Below are positions 10,147 through 20,369 of a DNA stretch of 64,000 bases, piece after piece. This stretch comes from an uncultured Alphaproteobacteria bacterium. GTDB taxonomy: Bacteria; Pseudomonadota; Alphaproteobacteria; CAAGCB01; CAG-977. Location: NCBI GenBank assembly GCA_944392845.1, contig CALXYE010000072.1, positions 25,558 to 89,557 of the forward strand, given 5' to 3'. Every line of letters begins with the position of its first letter. Positions within the stretch are counted from its first letter, which is position 1. The notes under the pieces are model-generated. The model had not been told where the DNA came from, did no database searches, and was given only the letters and a program-made list of their open reading frames with translations. The translations under genes were made by a program, and so were the position numbers.

Positions 10147-11847
10147 TTGCGTCATTTCAAATTCAGAATTTTTGCGTGCTGCGTTACGGCCGTTTTGGCG
10201 GCTTCATGCACAAGACCCGTGTCTTTGACGTCGGTGCAAAGCGTTGAACAAGGCGTTTTCAGAGCTTCCGATGCCGATATGGCGGTGGCGCCGCAGATCA
10301 GGTCGGTGACGGAACCGGAGCCGAAAGTTCTGCCGCCTTCGGAAATGATGCGCGTAGGCTTGTTGCTGCCTCTGAGCGGCAGGTCGGCGAAATTGGGCGA
10401 AGCGTTGCGCAACGCCGCAATGATGTCTTTGTTTGATATTTCCAGCGGACGTTTGGTTTTGCAGTTTTATGATACCGAAGGAACGGCGGAAGGGGCTCGC
10501 GCCGCATCGGAACTGGCGATCAGCCAAGGGGCGGAACTGATTATCGGCCCCGTGTTTTCCGAAGAAGTCCGCGCTATTCGGGAAAACACGCATTCCGCGG
10601 ACGTCGGCGTAATCACGTTTTCGTCTCATCCGTCGAATTTGGGCGACGGCATTTATACGATCAGTACGCTGACGTCGCAACAGGTTGACCATATCGTCAG
10701 CTATGCCTGCGACAAGGGTTATAAGCGTTTTGCGATTCTGTCTCAGGACAACGCGACGGGCGACATTGCGGCCATGGCGGCCAAAGCGGCGGCGGACAGA
10801 TGCGGCGCGACGATAACGAAGGCGGGATTCTATTATTCTAAAACGGATAACCTTCAACCGACGGTACAACAGGTCATGCCGCGCCTGCTTGAAGATTTGC
10901 AAAAGGAAAAAGACGAAGAGGTCGAACGCTTGGAAAAAGCCCGCGAAGACGTTTTGGCGGGCCTTCCCGTTAAAATGAAAAACGAGGAAACGGGACAGGA
11001 AGAAGAGCGGATGATGACGATGGAAGAGCTGACGGCGACGATCGAAACGCTGAAAAATACCGAAGTCGTCAGAGAACCGTTCGAATTTGACGCTCTTTTG
11101 ATTACGGAAGAAGGCAGCCGTTTGCGTTCTTTGGGCGCTTTGTTGTCCTATTATGACGTTCCGAAAGAAATCAGGATATTGGGGACGTCGCAATGGGCGA
11201 ACTCTTCGCCTTCCCGCGAACCCGCTTTGGTCGGCGGATGGTTTTCGAACCTGCCGTTTACGGGTTTTGAGCAATTTTCCGCCCGTTATAAAAATATTTA
11301 CGGAGAAAAACCGCCGCGGATCGCGTCTCAGGCATATGACGCCGTGGCTTTGGCCGCCGTTTTGGCGGAAACGGGAAGCTTTTCTTATGATAACCTGACA
11401 AATCCGTCGGGGTTCAGAGGGGTTGACGGCTTGTTCCGTTTGTTGCCGAACGGCTTGTCCGAACGCGGATTAGAAGTTTTAGGCGTTGAAAAAAGAGGGT
11501 ACGTTACCCTTTCGCCCGCGCCCGACGCTTTTGATACGGAACCCGTGATCGTCCCGAACGTTTATGAAAAGGGGTTCCGTTATTCGCCCGAATTCATACC
11601 GCCGCCGCCCGTGGAAGAGCTGATCGGGGAAACGATTATCGTTGACGGGCAAACGGGACAAGGCTCCGCCGTTCAGGGAAGCGCCGCGCCCGCTCAGGGA
11701 AGCAACGGGCAAGGCAGCCTGACGTCCGTTTCGGATCCCGCCGTTCAGGGAAGCAATGCTTCCGTTTCTTCTGCGGCGCCCGTTTCCGAAACGAAACAGC
11801 CGTTCGTAACGCCGCCTATTTCACAAGGCTTGAGCACAGCGAATTAA
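10147..11847 (+). CDS. LpoA-like lipoprotein with a periplasmic-binding-protein type 1 domain (penicillin-binding protein activator family). It has a TTG start and a C-terminal low-complexity QGS-repeat tail.
   Basis: Lipoprotein signal (LAASC), then the type-1 PBP core (GLLLPLSGRSAKLGEALRNAAMM...FYDTEG...GAELIIGPVFSEEV). It lies divergent from rsmI, as lpoA (yraM) does in E. coli. Confidence 0.6.
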   Translation: MRHFKFRIFACCVTAVLAASCTRPVSLTSVQSVEQGVFRASDADMAVAPQIRSVTEPEPKVLPPSEMMRVGLLLPLSGRSAKLGEALRNAAMMSLFDISSGRLVLQFYDTEGTAEGARAASELAISQGAELIIGPVFSEEVRAIRENTHSADVGVITFSSHPSNLGDGIYTISTLTSQQVDHIVSYACDKGYKRFAILSQDNATGDIAAMAAKAAADRCGATITKAGFYYSKTDNLQPTVQQVMPRLLEDLQKEKDEEVERLEKAREDVLAGLPVKMKNEETGQEEERMMTMEELTATIETLKNTEVVREPFEFDALLITEEGSRLRSLGALLSYYDVPKEIRILGTSQWANSSPSREPALVGGWFSNLPFTGFEQFSARYKNIYGEKPPRIASQAYDAVALAAVLAETGSFSYDNLTNPSGFRGVDGLFRLLPNGLSERGLEVLGVEKRGYVTLSPAPDAFDTEPVIVPNVYEKGFRYSPEFIPPPPVEELIGETIIVDGQTGQGSAVQGSAAPAQGSNGQGSLTSVSDPAVQGSNASVSSAAPVSETKQPFVTPPISQGLSTAN

Positions 11848-12934
11848 GGATCAAAAGGCCTCTTGCCGTTGCGCGGAGGCCTTTTTTATCGGAAATCATC
11901 AGTCCGTCGGAACAATAATCTTCAAGCGTATCCGCATATAAAAATTCTTCAATGTCCGCGCCGACGATTTCTTTGAACCGTTCGCGCAGAACGCCTTTTT
12001 CCGTGCGGAGTCCCGTTAGAATCAGCTCTTCGGCAATTTCTTTCGTGCTCAGAACTTCTTCCGCCGTTTCGCGCGTTTTCATCCATCTTGCGGGATCTTT
12101 TCCTCCCGCCGTCGCCAGATATTTGCCGTTTTCAAAAAAACGCCCGTGCGCCGCAGGCCCGATGCCCAGCCATTCTCCGCCCTGCCAATAAAGCAGGTTG
12201 TGACGGCATTCATGTCCGCTTCGCGCATGGTTTGAAACTTCGTAACGCGGTATGCCTGCCGCATACGTCATTCTGTCGGTCAGTTCGAACATATCGGCGC
12301 ATAAATTTTCTTCGGGCGGCTCGATGCCTTTTTTGTAAAAAAACGTGCCTTCTTCCAACGTCAGCTGATACAAAGACAAATGGTCAAGTTTCAGATCTAA
12401 GATGCGCCGCAGTTCGTTTTCCCAGTCTTTAAAAGTCTGATGCGGCAAAGCGTAAATGAAATCGGCGGAAACTTCGGGAAAAACGTTTCGGGCGGTTTGA
12501 AGGGCATTTAAGGCCGTTTCGGAATCGTGCAAACGTCCCAAAAAACGCAAATCAGCGTCATTCAGGGATTGTATTCCCAATGACAGGCGGTTTACGCCCG
12601 CTTTGCGGAAGGCGTTCATCTTTTCGGCGTTAAGCGTCCCCGGATTTGCTTCCAAAGAAACTTCGGCGTCTTCGTCCGTTTTCCATAAACGGCGCACGGC
12701 AGACAAGAGCCCGGCAACCGTTTCGGCCGGCATTAAAGAGGGCGTTCCGCCGCCGAAAAAAACGGAAGACACCGCCTTGTCCGCCGTTCGGGCGGCGTAG
12801 CGTTCAAGCACGGACAGATAAGCGTCCGTCCATGCCCGAATATCGATATTTTTAGCCGTGATGCTCACAAAGTCGCAGTAAGGGCACTTTGAACGGCAAA
12901 ACGGCCAATGGAAATAAATTCCGAACGGAAGCAT
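11816..12934 (-). CDS. hemW: Radical SAM heme chaperone HemW (coproporphyrinogen III oxidase-like)
   Basis: CxxxCxxC radical SAM motif in FHWPFCRSKCPYCDF and a HemN-like C-terminus. It is in an operon with rdgB and rph. Confidence 0.85.
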   Translation of the reverse strand: MLPFGIYFHWPFCRSKCPYCDFVSITAKNIDIRAWTDAYLSVLERYAARTADKAVSSVFFGGGTPSLMPAETVAGLLSAVRRLWKTDEDAEVSLEANPGTLNAEKMNAFRKAGVNRLSLGIQSLNDADLRFLGRLHDSETALNALQTARNVFPEVSADFIYALPHQTFKDWENELRRILDLKLDHLSLYQLTLEEGTFFYKKGIEPPEENLCADMFELTDRMTYAAGIPRYEVSNHARSGHECRHNLLYWQGGEWLGIGPAAHGRFFENGKYLATAGGKDPARWMKTRETAEEVLSTKEIAEELILTGLRTEKGVLRERFKEIVGADIEEFLYADTLEDYCSDGLMISDKKGLRATARGLLILNSLCSSLVK

Positions 12935-12935
12935 C

Positions 12936-13532
12936 CTATTCCAAACAGCCTTTGATGAACATTTTTAAAGCGTTCGCGCGGTGGCTGATCGAATTTTTGA
13001 TTTCCGAAGGCAGTTCGGCGAACGTTCCTTCATATCCGTCGGGAACGAACATCGGGTCATAGCCGAACCCGCTGTTGCCTCTGGGCGGAAAGCAAAGGGT
13101 TCCGTTGACGCGCCCTTCAAATTCTTCCGTATGTCCGTCGGGCCACGCAATCACCAAAGCGCAGGCAAAATGCGCCGAACGGTCGGGGGAAGCTCCTAAT
13201 TCTTTGTTCAGGCATTCCATGGCATAAGGAAAACCGTTTTTTTTCGGTTCGTTGTAACGGGCGGAATAAATGCCGGGGCGGTCGTTTAAGGCATGAACGC
13301 ATAAGCCCGAATCGTCGGCCAAAGCGGGCATATTCGCTTCTTTTGCGGCGCAAAGAGCTTTGATTTTGGCATTCGCGACGAAAGTTTCGCCGTCTTCTTC
13401 GGGTTCGGACAAGTCCAATTCGTCGGCGGAGCGAACTTTGATATTAAACGGCGCCAGAATCGTTTGCATTTCGGCGACTTTTCCCTTGTTGTGCGTCGCC
13501 AGCACGATCTCTTTTTCGGTCAGTTTGCGCAT
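12936..13532 (-). CDS. rdgB: Non-canonical purine NTP pyrophosphatase (dITP/XTP pyrophosphatase) RdgB
   Basis: Ham1 family signature (ATHNKGKVAEM...FGYDPMF). Confidence 0.9.
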   Translation of the reverse strand: MRKLTEKEIVLATHNKGKVAEMQTILAPFNIKVRSADELDLSEPEEDGETFVANAKIKALCAAKEANMPALADDSGLCVHALNDRPGIYSARYNEPKKNGFPYAMECLNKELGASPDRSAHFACALVIAWPDGHTEEFEGRVNGTLCFPPRGNSGFGYDPMFVPDGYEGTFAELPSEIKNSISHRANALKMFIKGCLE

Positions 13533-13535
13533 GCT

Positions 13536-14252
13536 TCAAATCTCCAGAGCCTGACGTTGCAAAGCGGCAAGTTCGCCCGTTCCCTTGCAGGCCAAAGCGA
13601 AAAGTTGTTGAAACTGTTCGGGCGTGAACGGTTCCCGTTCGGCAGTCCCCTGAATTTCGACGATGCCGCCTTTGCCCGTGATGACAAAATTCGCGTCCGT
13701 TTCGGCGGAAGAATCTTCAACATAATCCAAATCAAGGACGGCTTGACCTTCGCGGATGCCGCACGAAATTGCCGCGACGGTATCCGTAATCGGCAGGTTG
13801 AAAATCATTTTTCTTTCCCGCATCTTTTTCAATGCCAGATAAAGCGCGACAAAGCCGCCCGTAATGGAGGCCGTTCGCGTTCCGCCGTCCGCCTGAACGA
13901 CGTCGCAGTCGATTTTAATGCAGTATTCGCCCAAAGCCTTCATATCGACGCAGGAACGCAAGGCGCGCCCGATCAGACGCTGAATCTCCTGCGTACGTCC
14001 CGACTGGCCTTTTTTAGCTTCGCGATCGACGCGCGTCGACGTCGCGCGGGGAAGCATACCGTATTCCGCCGTTACCCATCCCTTGCCCGTGTTGCGCATC
14101 CATCCCGGGACTTTGTCTTCGACGGTGGCGGTGCAAATGACGTGCGTATCGCCGCATTTGATCAGGCAGGATCCCTCGGCATGTTTGTTGACGTTTGTTT
14201 CAATGGAAACTTTGCGCATTTCATCAAAAGCGCGGTTCGACGGTCTGGCCAT
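13536..14252 (-). CDS. rph: Ribonuclease PH
   Basis: Full-length RNase PH ([19 protein letters not shown]...[17 protein letters not shown]). Confidence 0.95.
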   Translation of the reverse strand: MARPSNRAFDEMRKVSIETNVNKHAEGSCLIKCGDTHVICTATVEDKVPGWMRNTGKGWVTAEYGMLPRATSTRVDREAKKGQSGRTQEIQRLIGRALRSCVDMKALGEYCIKIDCDVVQADGGTRTASITGGFVALYLALKKMRERKMIFNLPITDTVAAISCGIREGQAVLDLDYVEDSSAETDANFVITGKGGIVEIQGTAEREPFTPEQFQQLFALACKGTGELAALQRQALEI

Positions 14253-14331
14253 GTTTTCATTCCTTTCAGTTCTTGGAAAATCATTTTTTGAACGTTGACG
14301 TTTGATAATACGATTACTACATTTATGGACT

Positions 14332-15381
14332 ATGAGTAAGCAAATATCGACATTATCCGAATTAAACGACCGTTCCAGAACGATTTTTCGTCTGTTGGTT
14401 GACGCTTATTTGGAAACGGGCGAACCGATCGGTTCGAAAACCCTGTCGGGATTGCTGGATTTTCCGCTGTCGTCCGCTTCGGTCAGAAACGTGATGTCGG
14501 AATTGGAATTGGCGGGATTACTGGCTTCTCCTCATACTTCGGCGGGGCGCATTCCGACCGAACGCGGTTTGAGGCTGTTCGTCGACGGCCTGCTGGAGAT
14601 CGGTTCTTTGGAAGAAAACGAACGCCACGCCATAGAAGCGCGGTGCCGTACGTCGGGAATCGGAACGGAACAAGTCTTGGAACAGGCATCCGCAATGCTG
14701 TCGGGGCTTTCGAAATGCGCGGGCGTCGTTATCGTTCCGAAAATCAGCGCGGCTTTAAAACATATAGAATTTGTCCGTTTAAGCTCTAACCGCGCTTTGG
14801 TCGTGATGGTAACGGCGGACGGCGCGGTTGAAAACCGATTGATAGAGCTGCCTGCGGGAACGTTGTCTTCGGCGTTGTCCGAAGCGGCAAACTTTATGAA
14901 CGCGCGCTTGTGCGGCAAGACTTTGGAACAGGCGCGTTCCGAGATTGCGAAAGAAATCGGCCTGCATCAAACGGAGCTTGATGAAGCGGCTTCCCGTTTG
15001 GTTGCCCAAGGGCTGGCGGCTTGGACGGACGAACGCAAAGGCGCTTTGATCGTCAAGGGGCGGGCGAATCTTTTGGAAAATATTCAGGCTTTAAAAGACC
15101 TGGAAAAAGTCCGCGAGTTGTTCAAGGCTCTTGAAACGCAGGAAAATATGGCCAAATTGTTGGATTTGACGGAAACTGCGGAAGGGGTACAAATTTTCAT
15201 AGGGGCTGAAAATTCTTTATTTACTTTGTCGGGGTGTTCCATGATAACGGCGCCGTACCGCAACGGCAGGGAACAAATCATCGGAGCCGTGGGCATTATC
15301 GGCCCGACAAGGATGAACTATGCGAAAATAATCCCTTTGGTGGATTATACGTCTCATGTTGTCAGCAAACTGATAGGATAG
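14332..15381 (+). CDS. hrcA: Heat-inducible transcription repressor HrcA. The ATG at 14332 is preferred; a TTG at 14302 is also in frame.
   Basis: N-terminal winged helix ([29 protein letters not shown]) and an HrcA C-terminal domain. Confidence 0.9.
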   Translation: MSKQISTLSELNDRSRTIFRLLVDAYLETGEPIGSKTLSGLLDFPLSSASVRNVMSELELAGLLASPHTSAGRIPTERGLRLFVDGLLEIGSLEENERHAIEARCRTSGIGTEQVLEQASAMLSGLSKCAGVVIVPKISAALKHIEFVRLSSNRALVVMVTADGAVENRLIELPAGTLSSALSEAANFMNARLCGKTLEQARSEIAKEIGLHQTELDEAASRLVAQGLAAWTDERKGALIVKGRANLLENIQALKDLEKVRELFKALETQENMAKLLDLTETAEGVQIFIGAENSLFTLSGCSMITAPYRNGREQIIGAVGIIGPTRMNYAKIIPLVDYTSHVVSKLIG

Positions 15382-15385
15382 AAAA

Positions 15386-16048
15386 ATGACGAAACAGCAT
15401 CATCACGACCATCAAAAAGCCAAAGAAGCGGAAATTTCCGAAGAAGCCGCGGAAAATCAAGAAGAAACGCAGGAAGCGGAAAGCGTAGAGGAAACGGTTG
15501 AAGAAATCGACGAAGTCGCCGCGAAAACGGCGGAACTGAAAGAAGAGGTCGAAAAACTCCGCGATATGTATATGCGGTCTCAGGCGGAAATGGAAAATTT
15601 AAGGAAACGCACTCAGATTGAATTGGAAAAACGTTCAAAATATGCGGTTTCTTCTTTCGCCCGCGACCTTTTAACGGTCGGGGACAATCTGTCGCGCGCT
15701 TTGGCCGCCATTCCCGAAGAAGAAAAACAGGGAACGTCCGAGCTGATAAAGAATCTGGTCATCGGTTTGGAAATGACGCAAAAAGAGCTGAATACGGCTT
15801 TTGAAAAAAACGATATCAAGGCGGTTGAGAGCATCGGGCACATTTTTGATCCGAACGTCCACAAGGTCGTTCAAGAAGTCGAGGATCCGACGAAACCGGC
15901 GGGCACGATTATTCAGGAATGGCAAAGGGGATACATTATCGGCGGCGACCGCACGTTGCGCGAAGCCGTCGTCGTTGTTACCAAGGGCGGTCCGAAGCCG
16001 GGGGAAAAGCCTGACGAACCGGGAAAACGGGTCGATACGTCGGCGTAA
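15386..16048 (+). CDS. grpE: Nucleotide exchange factor GrpE, with an acidic His-containing N-terminal extension
   Basis: GrpE core (LRDMYMRSQAEMENLRKRTQIE...) and a C-terminal beta domain. Confidence 0.9.
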   Translation: MTKQHHHDHQKAKEAEISEEAAENQEETQEAESVEETVEEIDEVAAKTAELKEEVEKLRDMYMRSQAEMENLRKRTQIELEKRSKYAVSSFARDLLTVGDNLSRALAAIPEEEKQGTSELIKNLVIGLEMTQKELNTAFEKNDIKAVESIGHIFDPNVHKVVQEVEDPTKPAGTIIQEWQRGYIIGGDRTLREAVVVVTKGGPKPGEKPDEPGKRVDTSA

Positions 16049-16073
16049 AAAACGGCGGATTTTTCAAGAAATC

Positions 16074-16105
16074 AAAAGCGGAAGGAAAAACCTTCCGCTT
16101 TTTTG
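16074..16105. terminator. Terminator between grpE and the convergent proC
   Basis: Hairpin gcggaagg aaaaa ccttccgc followed by a T-run. Confidence 0.65.
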
Positions 16106-16145
16106 TCATTCGCTCCGCTCTTCGTATCAGACGCGGAGAGCCTTT

Positions 16146-16958
16146 TTAAGCGTTTGCCAGTTCTTTTGAACGCGTTTCGGCGGCTTTGACGGCCTTGATC
16201 ATCAGGGGAAAGAAGCCGTTTTTTTCGTCCGCCAAAATATCCAAAGCCGCTGCGGTCGTTCCGTTCGGCGTCGTTACGTTTTTACGCAACGTTTCGGGCG
16301 TTTCGCCGCTTCGGCGCATCAATTCCGCCGCGCCGATAACCGTTGCCCGCGCCAGCCGTTCGGCATCCGCCTGATTCAATCCCGTCGCTTCGGCCGCTTT
16401 CGCCAATGCTTCGGTCAGGTAAAAAACGTAAGCGGGACCGCTGCCCGAAACGGCGGTTACGGCGTCTATCAGGCTTTCGTCTTTCAGTTCAACCGTATCG
16501 CCGCAAGCCTCTAAAAAAGTTTTTACGATATTTTTTTGCTTTTCGGAAACGGCGCCGTTTGCAAATATCCCCGTAATGCCGCGACCGACGGCGGCCGGCG
16601 TATTCGGCATGGCGCGGATGACGGCGGCTTTTTCGCCCAACTCCGCTTCAAAACGGGAAACGGGACGCCCCGCGACAATTGATAATAAGACGGCGCCTTT
16701 GTCGGTAAACGGTTTGACGGAAGCAATGATTTCTTTGACCAGAAAAGGTTTGACGGCGATAAAAACGACGTCGGGCATAAACGTTTCGAAAGATTCGGCC
16801 GTTTCATCGGCTTTGATTCCTTGTTTTGCCAAAGCGTCGCGAATTTCGGCATTCGGTTCGACAACGCGGACGTTTTCGGGAGAAAGCCCTTTCTTTAAAG
16901 CGCCGTTCAGGACGGCTCCGCCCATTTTTCCGCATCCGAAGATCAATAATTTCGCCAT
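16146..16958 (-). CDS. proC: Pyrroline-5-carboxylate reductase
   Basis: Rossmann-type N-terminus (LLIFGCGKMGGAV) and a ProC C-terminal dimerisation domain. Confidence 0.85.
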   Translation of the reverse strand: MAKLLIFGCGKMGGAVLNGALKKGLSPENVRVVEPNAEIRDALAKQGIKADETAESFETFMPDVVFIAVKPFLVKEIIASVKPFTDKGAVLLSIVAGRPVSRFEAELGEKAAVIRAMPNTPAAVGRGITGIFANGAVSEKQKNIVKTFLEACGDTVELKDESLIDAVTAVSGSGPAYVFYLTEALAKAAEATGLNQADAERLARATVIGAAELMRRSGETPETLRKNVTTPNGTTAAALDILADEKNGFFPLMIKAVKAAETRSKELANA

Positions 16959-17102
16959 TGTTCAGATCCTTTTTAAGAAAGCCGCGTTTGTCGGGTCAGG
17001 ATAAAACCGCCGGCTTTTTTTTTAAAGAAAAAGATTTTGGGTATATCAATGTTTTGTCGTATAAGAAATGAACGGAGTTTAAAACATCTAAAGGAGTTTG
17101 CC

Positions 17103-18089
17103 ATGTTCGTGATCACGGGCGGCGCGGGATTTATCGGTTCCAACGTTGCGGCGGAAATAGAGGCGCGCGGAATGGGGGAAGTCGCCGTTATCGACAGGCT
17201 GCGCGACGGGAACAAATGGCGCAACATTTCGAAACGTTTTTTGCGCAACATTGTTTTTCCCGAAGATACGTTTGACTTTTTGAACGAACGCGCCCGCAAG
17301 ATCGAAGCCGTTTTGCACTTCGGAGCGATTTCTTCCCCGATGGAAAACGACGTTGATACGATCGTCAGGAACAATATTCAGCTGACGTGGGAGTTATGGA
17401 AATGGTGCACGGAGCACGAAGTGCCGTTTATTTACGCTTCCTCCGCCGCGGTGTACGGCGACGGATCGCTGGGCTTTGAAGACGATATTTCAACCGAAGC
17501 TTTGGCAAAACTGCGCCCTCTGAGCCCCTTCGCGTGGAGCAAGCTGTTCATGGACCGCAAGGTTGCCGAAGCGGTTGAGGACGACAAAGTCATGCCTCCC
17601 CAATGGGTCGGGTTGCGCTTTTTCAATCTGTACGGCCCGAACGAATATCATAAGGGTCATCATCAAAGCGTTATTCCGCAAATTTACACGCAAGCCAAAA
17701 ACGGCAAACTGTTTCCTTTGTTCAAATCGGAAAATCCCGAATACAAGGACGGGGATCAGATGCGCGATTTCATGTGGATCGACGATTGCGCGGACGTTGT
17801 TTTGTGGTTTTTGACTCATAAGGAAGTCAGCGGTCTGTTCAATGTCGGGACGGGGCTTGCCAGAACATACGCCGACGTTTTGCGCGCCGTTTACGCCGCA
17901 TTGGAAGAAGAACCCGAAATGGATTTCATCGATTTGCCCGACGCGTTGAAGGACAAATATCAGTATTTTACCCAAGCCAACGTTTCAAAGTTGCGCGCCG
18001 CGGGATACGATAAGCCTTTCACCTCCTTGGAGGAAGGCGTCGCAAAATACGTCAAAGACTTTTTGTCTTCGGCCGATCCCTACCGCTGA
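17103..18089 (+). CDS. hldD: ADP-L-glycero-D-manno-heptose-6-epimerase (NAD-dependent epimerase family)
   Basis: NAD-binding motif ITGGAGFIGSN with HldD-like length. An RBS AAAGGAG lies upstream of the ATG at 17103. Confidence 0.8.
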   Translation: MFVITGGAGFIGSNVAAEIEARGMGEVAVIDRLRDGNKWRNISKRFLRNIVFPEDTFDFLNERARKIEAVLHFGAISSPMENDVDTIVRNNIQLTWELWKWCTEHEVPFIYASSAAVYGDGSLGFEDDISTEALAKLRPLSPFAWSKLFMDRKVAEAVEDDKVMPPQWVGLRFFNLYGPNEYHKGHHQSVIPQIYTQAKNGKLFPLFKSENPEYKDGDQMRDFMWIDDCADVVLWFLTHKEVSGLFNVGTGLARTYADVLRAVYAALEEEPEMDFIDLPDALKDKYQYFTQANVSKLRAAGYDKPFTSLEEGVAKYVKDFLSSADPYR

Positions 18090-18105
18090 TACGGAGGAAA
18101 AGACC

Positions 18106-18900
18106 ATGGGGATTCCTTTTCCCGACATAGATCCCGTCGCCGTGCATATCGGCGCTTTCGGACTGAGATGGTATTCTCTGGCATATTTGGCGGGGATATT
18201 TTTCGCTTGGGTGCTGGCAAAGCGGATGCTTTCCCGCTATCCGTCCGACTTTAAACCCGAAATGGTTGACGACGCGGTCTTTTGGGGGACGGTCGGCCTG
18301 ATTCTGGGAGCCAGATTGGGCTACGTTCTGTTTTATAACTTTGACCATTATTTGGAAAATCCGCTGCAAATCTTTGCTTTGTGGCAGGGCGGAATGTCCT
18401 TCCACGGTTCCCTGATCGGGGTTATTACGGCGTTATATCTGTATGCGCGCAAAGAAAAGATCGGCTTTTTTTCAATTACGGACGTTTTGGCGTGTCTGGC
18501 ACCGATCGGCCTGTTTTTCGGCAGATTGGCGAATTTCGTGAACGGAGAACTGTTCGGCCGCGTGGCGACGGACGTTCCCTGGGCGGTCATTTTCCCGAAC
18601 GGCGGCCCGCTTCCCCGTCATCCCAGCCAGCTTTACGAAGCTTGTTTTGAAGGGATCGTGTTGTTTATCGTGCTGTTTTCCCTTTGGAACAGGAGCGTTT
18701 GGGTTCGGATTCGCCCGGGATTTCTTTCGGGGGCGTTTTTGGTCGGATATGCGCTGGCTCGCGGAGTCGTCGAAAATTTCCGCGAGCCCGACCCGCAAAT
18801 CGGTTTCCTGTTTGCGCGCGTCACAATGGGGCAGTTGTTGACTTTGCCGATGCTTGTCGGCGGAATCTGGATCATGATCAGAGCCGTAAAAAAGTCTTAG
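18106..18900 (+). CDS. lgt: Prolipoprotein diacylglyceryl transferase
   Basis: Lgt signature (GGMSFHGSLIG...LANFVNGELFGR). Confidence 0.9.
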   Translation: MGIPFPDIDPVAVHIGAFGLRWYSLAYLAGIFFAWVLAKRMLSRYPSDFKPEMVDDAVFWGTVGLILGARLGYVLFYNFDHYLENPLQIFALWQGGMSFHGSLIGVITALYLYARKEKIGFFSITDVLACLAPIGLFFGRLANFVNGELFGRVATDVPWAVIFPNGGPLPRHPSQLYEACFEGIVLFIVLFSLWNRSVWVRIRPGFLSGAFLVGYALARGVVENFREPDPQIGFLFARVTMGQLLTLPMLVGGIWIMIRAVKKS

Positions 18901-18959
18901 GAATTTCGGACGCTTTTGGTATGCTGGAGCCTCCCCCGAAATAAGACGGAGATCCGAAA

Positions 18960-19571
18960 ATGCCCGTAATTCCCAGAAGAAAAGGTTTCTTTTCCGGATT
19001 CGCCGCACTGGTGCGCATGAGGCTGATCATTCCTTTGTTGCGGTCTAAAAAGCCGCCCGAATTTACGGCAAGGGGGGCGCTTGTCGGCATGGCGTGGGCA
19101 ATGACGCCTTTAGTCGGCGTACAGATGTATTTGGTTTTTATGACATGGCTGGGGACGAAGCGCTTTTTCAACTGGGATTTCAGCCTGCCCGTCGCTTTGG
19201 CGTTTACATGGGTAACGAACGTTTTTACAGTTCCGCCTTTTTATTATGCTTTTTATGTGACGGGCAAAGCGATGACGGGAACTTTTGCCGAACGCACGAC
19301 CTACGCTAAGTTCGCGGGAATGTTGAAAGAGGCTCTGCACGAAGGCGGTATCGCCGAAGCGCTGAAGACGACGGCGGACATCATGATCAGGGATTGGGGC
19401 GTTTCGATGATGATCGGTTCCGTTCCGTGGATCGTCGTCGGCGGGTGGCTGGCGTACCGTTACGTTTTGAGTTTTGCCCGAAAAAGAGAACTTATCCGTC
19501 AAAAAAGACTTGAAAAGAAAGCGCAAGCGGAGCAAAAAACAATAAAGGACATAAAACAGGAAACAGTTTGA
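18960..19571 (+). CDS. Hypothetical membrane protein (DUF2062-like)
   Basis: Two or three predicted TM helices and a basic C-terminus. It lies between lgt and pgeF. Confidence 0.45.
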   Translation: MPVIPRRKGFFSGFAALVRMRLIIPLLRSKKPPEFTARGALVGMAWAMTPLVGVQMYLVFMTWLGTKRFFNWDFSLPVALAFTWVTNVFTVPPFYYAFYVTGKAMTGTFAERTTYAKFAGMLKEALHEGGIAEALKTTADIMIRDWGVSMMIGSVPWIVVGGWLAYRYVLSFARKRELIRQKRLEKKAQAEQKTIKDIKQETV

Positions 19572-20350
19572 TGGAACCGGTTACGCCCTCCCTTTTTGAA
19601 GTTGCCGAAGGAATACGCTATCGTTTCTTTACGCGCAGAAACGGCGTGTCCGAAGGGGAGTTCGCTTCGCTGAACTGTTCCGTTAAGGTGGGCGACGATC
19701 CCGCCAAGGTTCGTGAAAACATGCGCCGCGTCGCGTCGAATCTGGGCTGTACCGTTGAAAAAATCTTTGTTTTACACCAAACCCATTCGGCATCGGTCGT
19801 TTCCGTAACGTCTAAGGAACCTTTTGAAAAAACGCCGTTTGCCGACGCTTTGGTCACAAATTGCCCGAACGTTTATTTGGGCATAAAAACGGCCGATTGC
19901 GCGCCCGTTTTATTTGCCGACGTCGAAAACAGGATTATCGGCGCCGCCCATGCGGGGTGGCGCGGCGCCGTCGGCGGCGTTTTGGAAAATACGCTGACGG
20001 TTATGGAAGAAACGGGCGCTTCGCGCGGAAACATTCTGGCAATGATCGGCCCCTGCATCGCGCCGCAGTCCTATGAAGTCGGGCAGGATATGTACGACGA
20101 GTTTTTAAAGGCCGACGTTAAAGCGGCGCTATTCTTTACGCCTGCGGACGCCGGCAAATACCGCTTTGACCTGCCGGGGTACATTATGGCGCGTCTGGAA
20201 CGCGCGGGCATCGGCGCGGCGGAATGGGTCGGCGCAGACACCTATTTATCCGAAAAGGATTATTTTTCTTTCCGCCGTTCGTCTCAAAAGGGCGAAAGGT
20301 GCGGCAGACAGCTGTCGGTCATCGGGCTGTTGGACGAATCTTTATTCTAA
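19568..20350 (+). CDS. pgeF: Purine nucleoside phosphorylase / polyphenol oxidase family protein PgeF (YfiH)
   Basis: YfiH signature ([11 protein letters not shown]...AHAGWRG...[12 protein letters not shown]). Confidence 0.8.
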   Translation: MMEPVTPSLFEVAEGIRYRFFTRRNGVSEGEFASLNCSVKVGDDPAKVRENMRRVASNLGCTVEKIFVLHQTHSASVVSVTSKEPFEKTPFADALVTNCPNVYLGIKTADCAPVLFADVENRIIGAAHAGWRGAVGGVLENTLTVMEETGASRGNILAMIGPCIAPQSYEVGQDMYDEFLKADVKAALFFTPADAGKYRFDLPGYIMARLERAGIGAAEWVGADTYLSEKDYFSFRRSSQKGERCGRQLSVIGLLDESLF

Positions 20351-20369
20351 CCGTAGAGGAACTTCAGAC

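Noticed and set aside
10204-11274. 356-aa Arg-rich ORF on the minus strand
   Set aside because: It is entirely antisense to the LpoA-like gene. It is Arg/Gln-rich and low-complexity, typical of a GC-rich antisense frame.
14253-14331. CIRCE operator upstream of hrcA-grpE
   Set aside because: No TTAGCACTC-N9-GAGTGCTAA inverted repeat is present in this spacer or upstream of grpE.
20166-20369. N-terminal extension of prs
   Set aside because: It overlaps the pgeF 3' end and is Arg/Ser-rich. prs begins at the conserved MKIFSGNSN.
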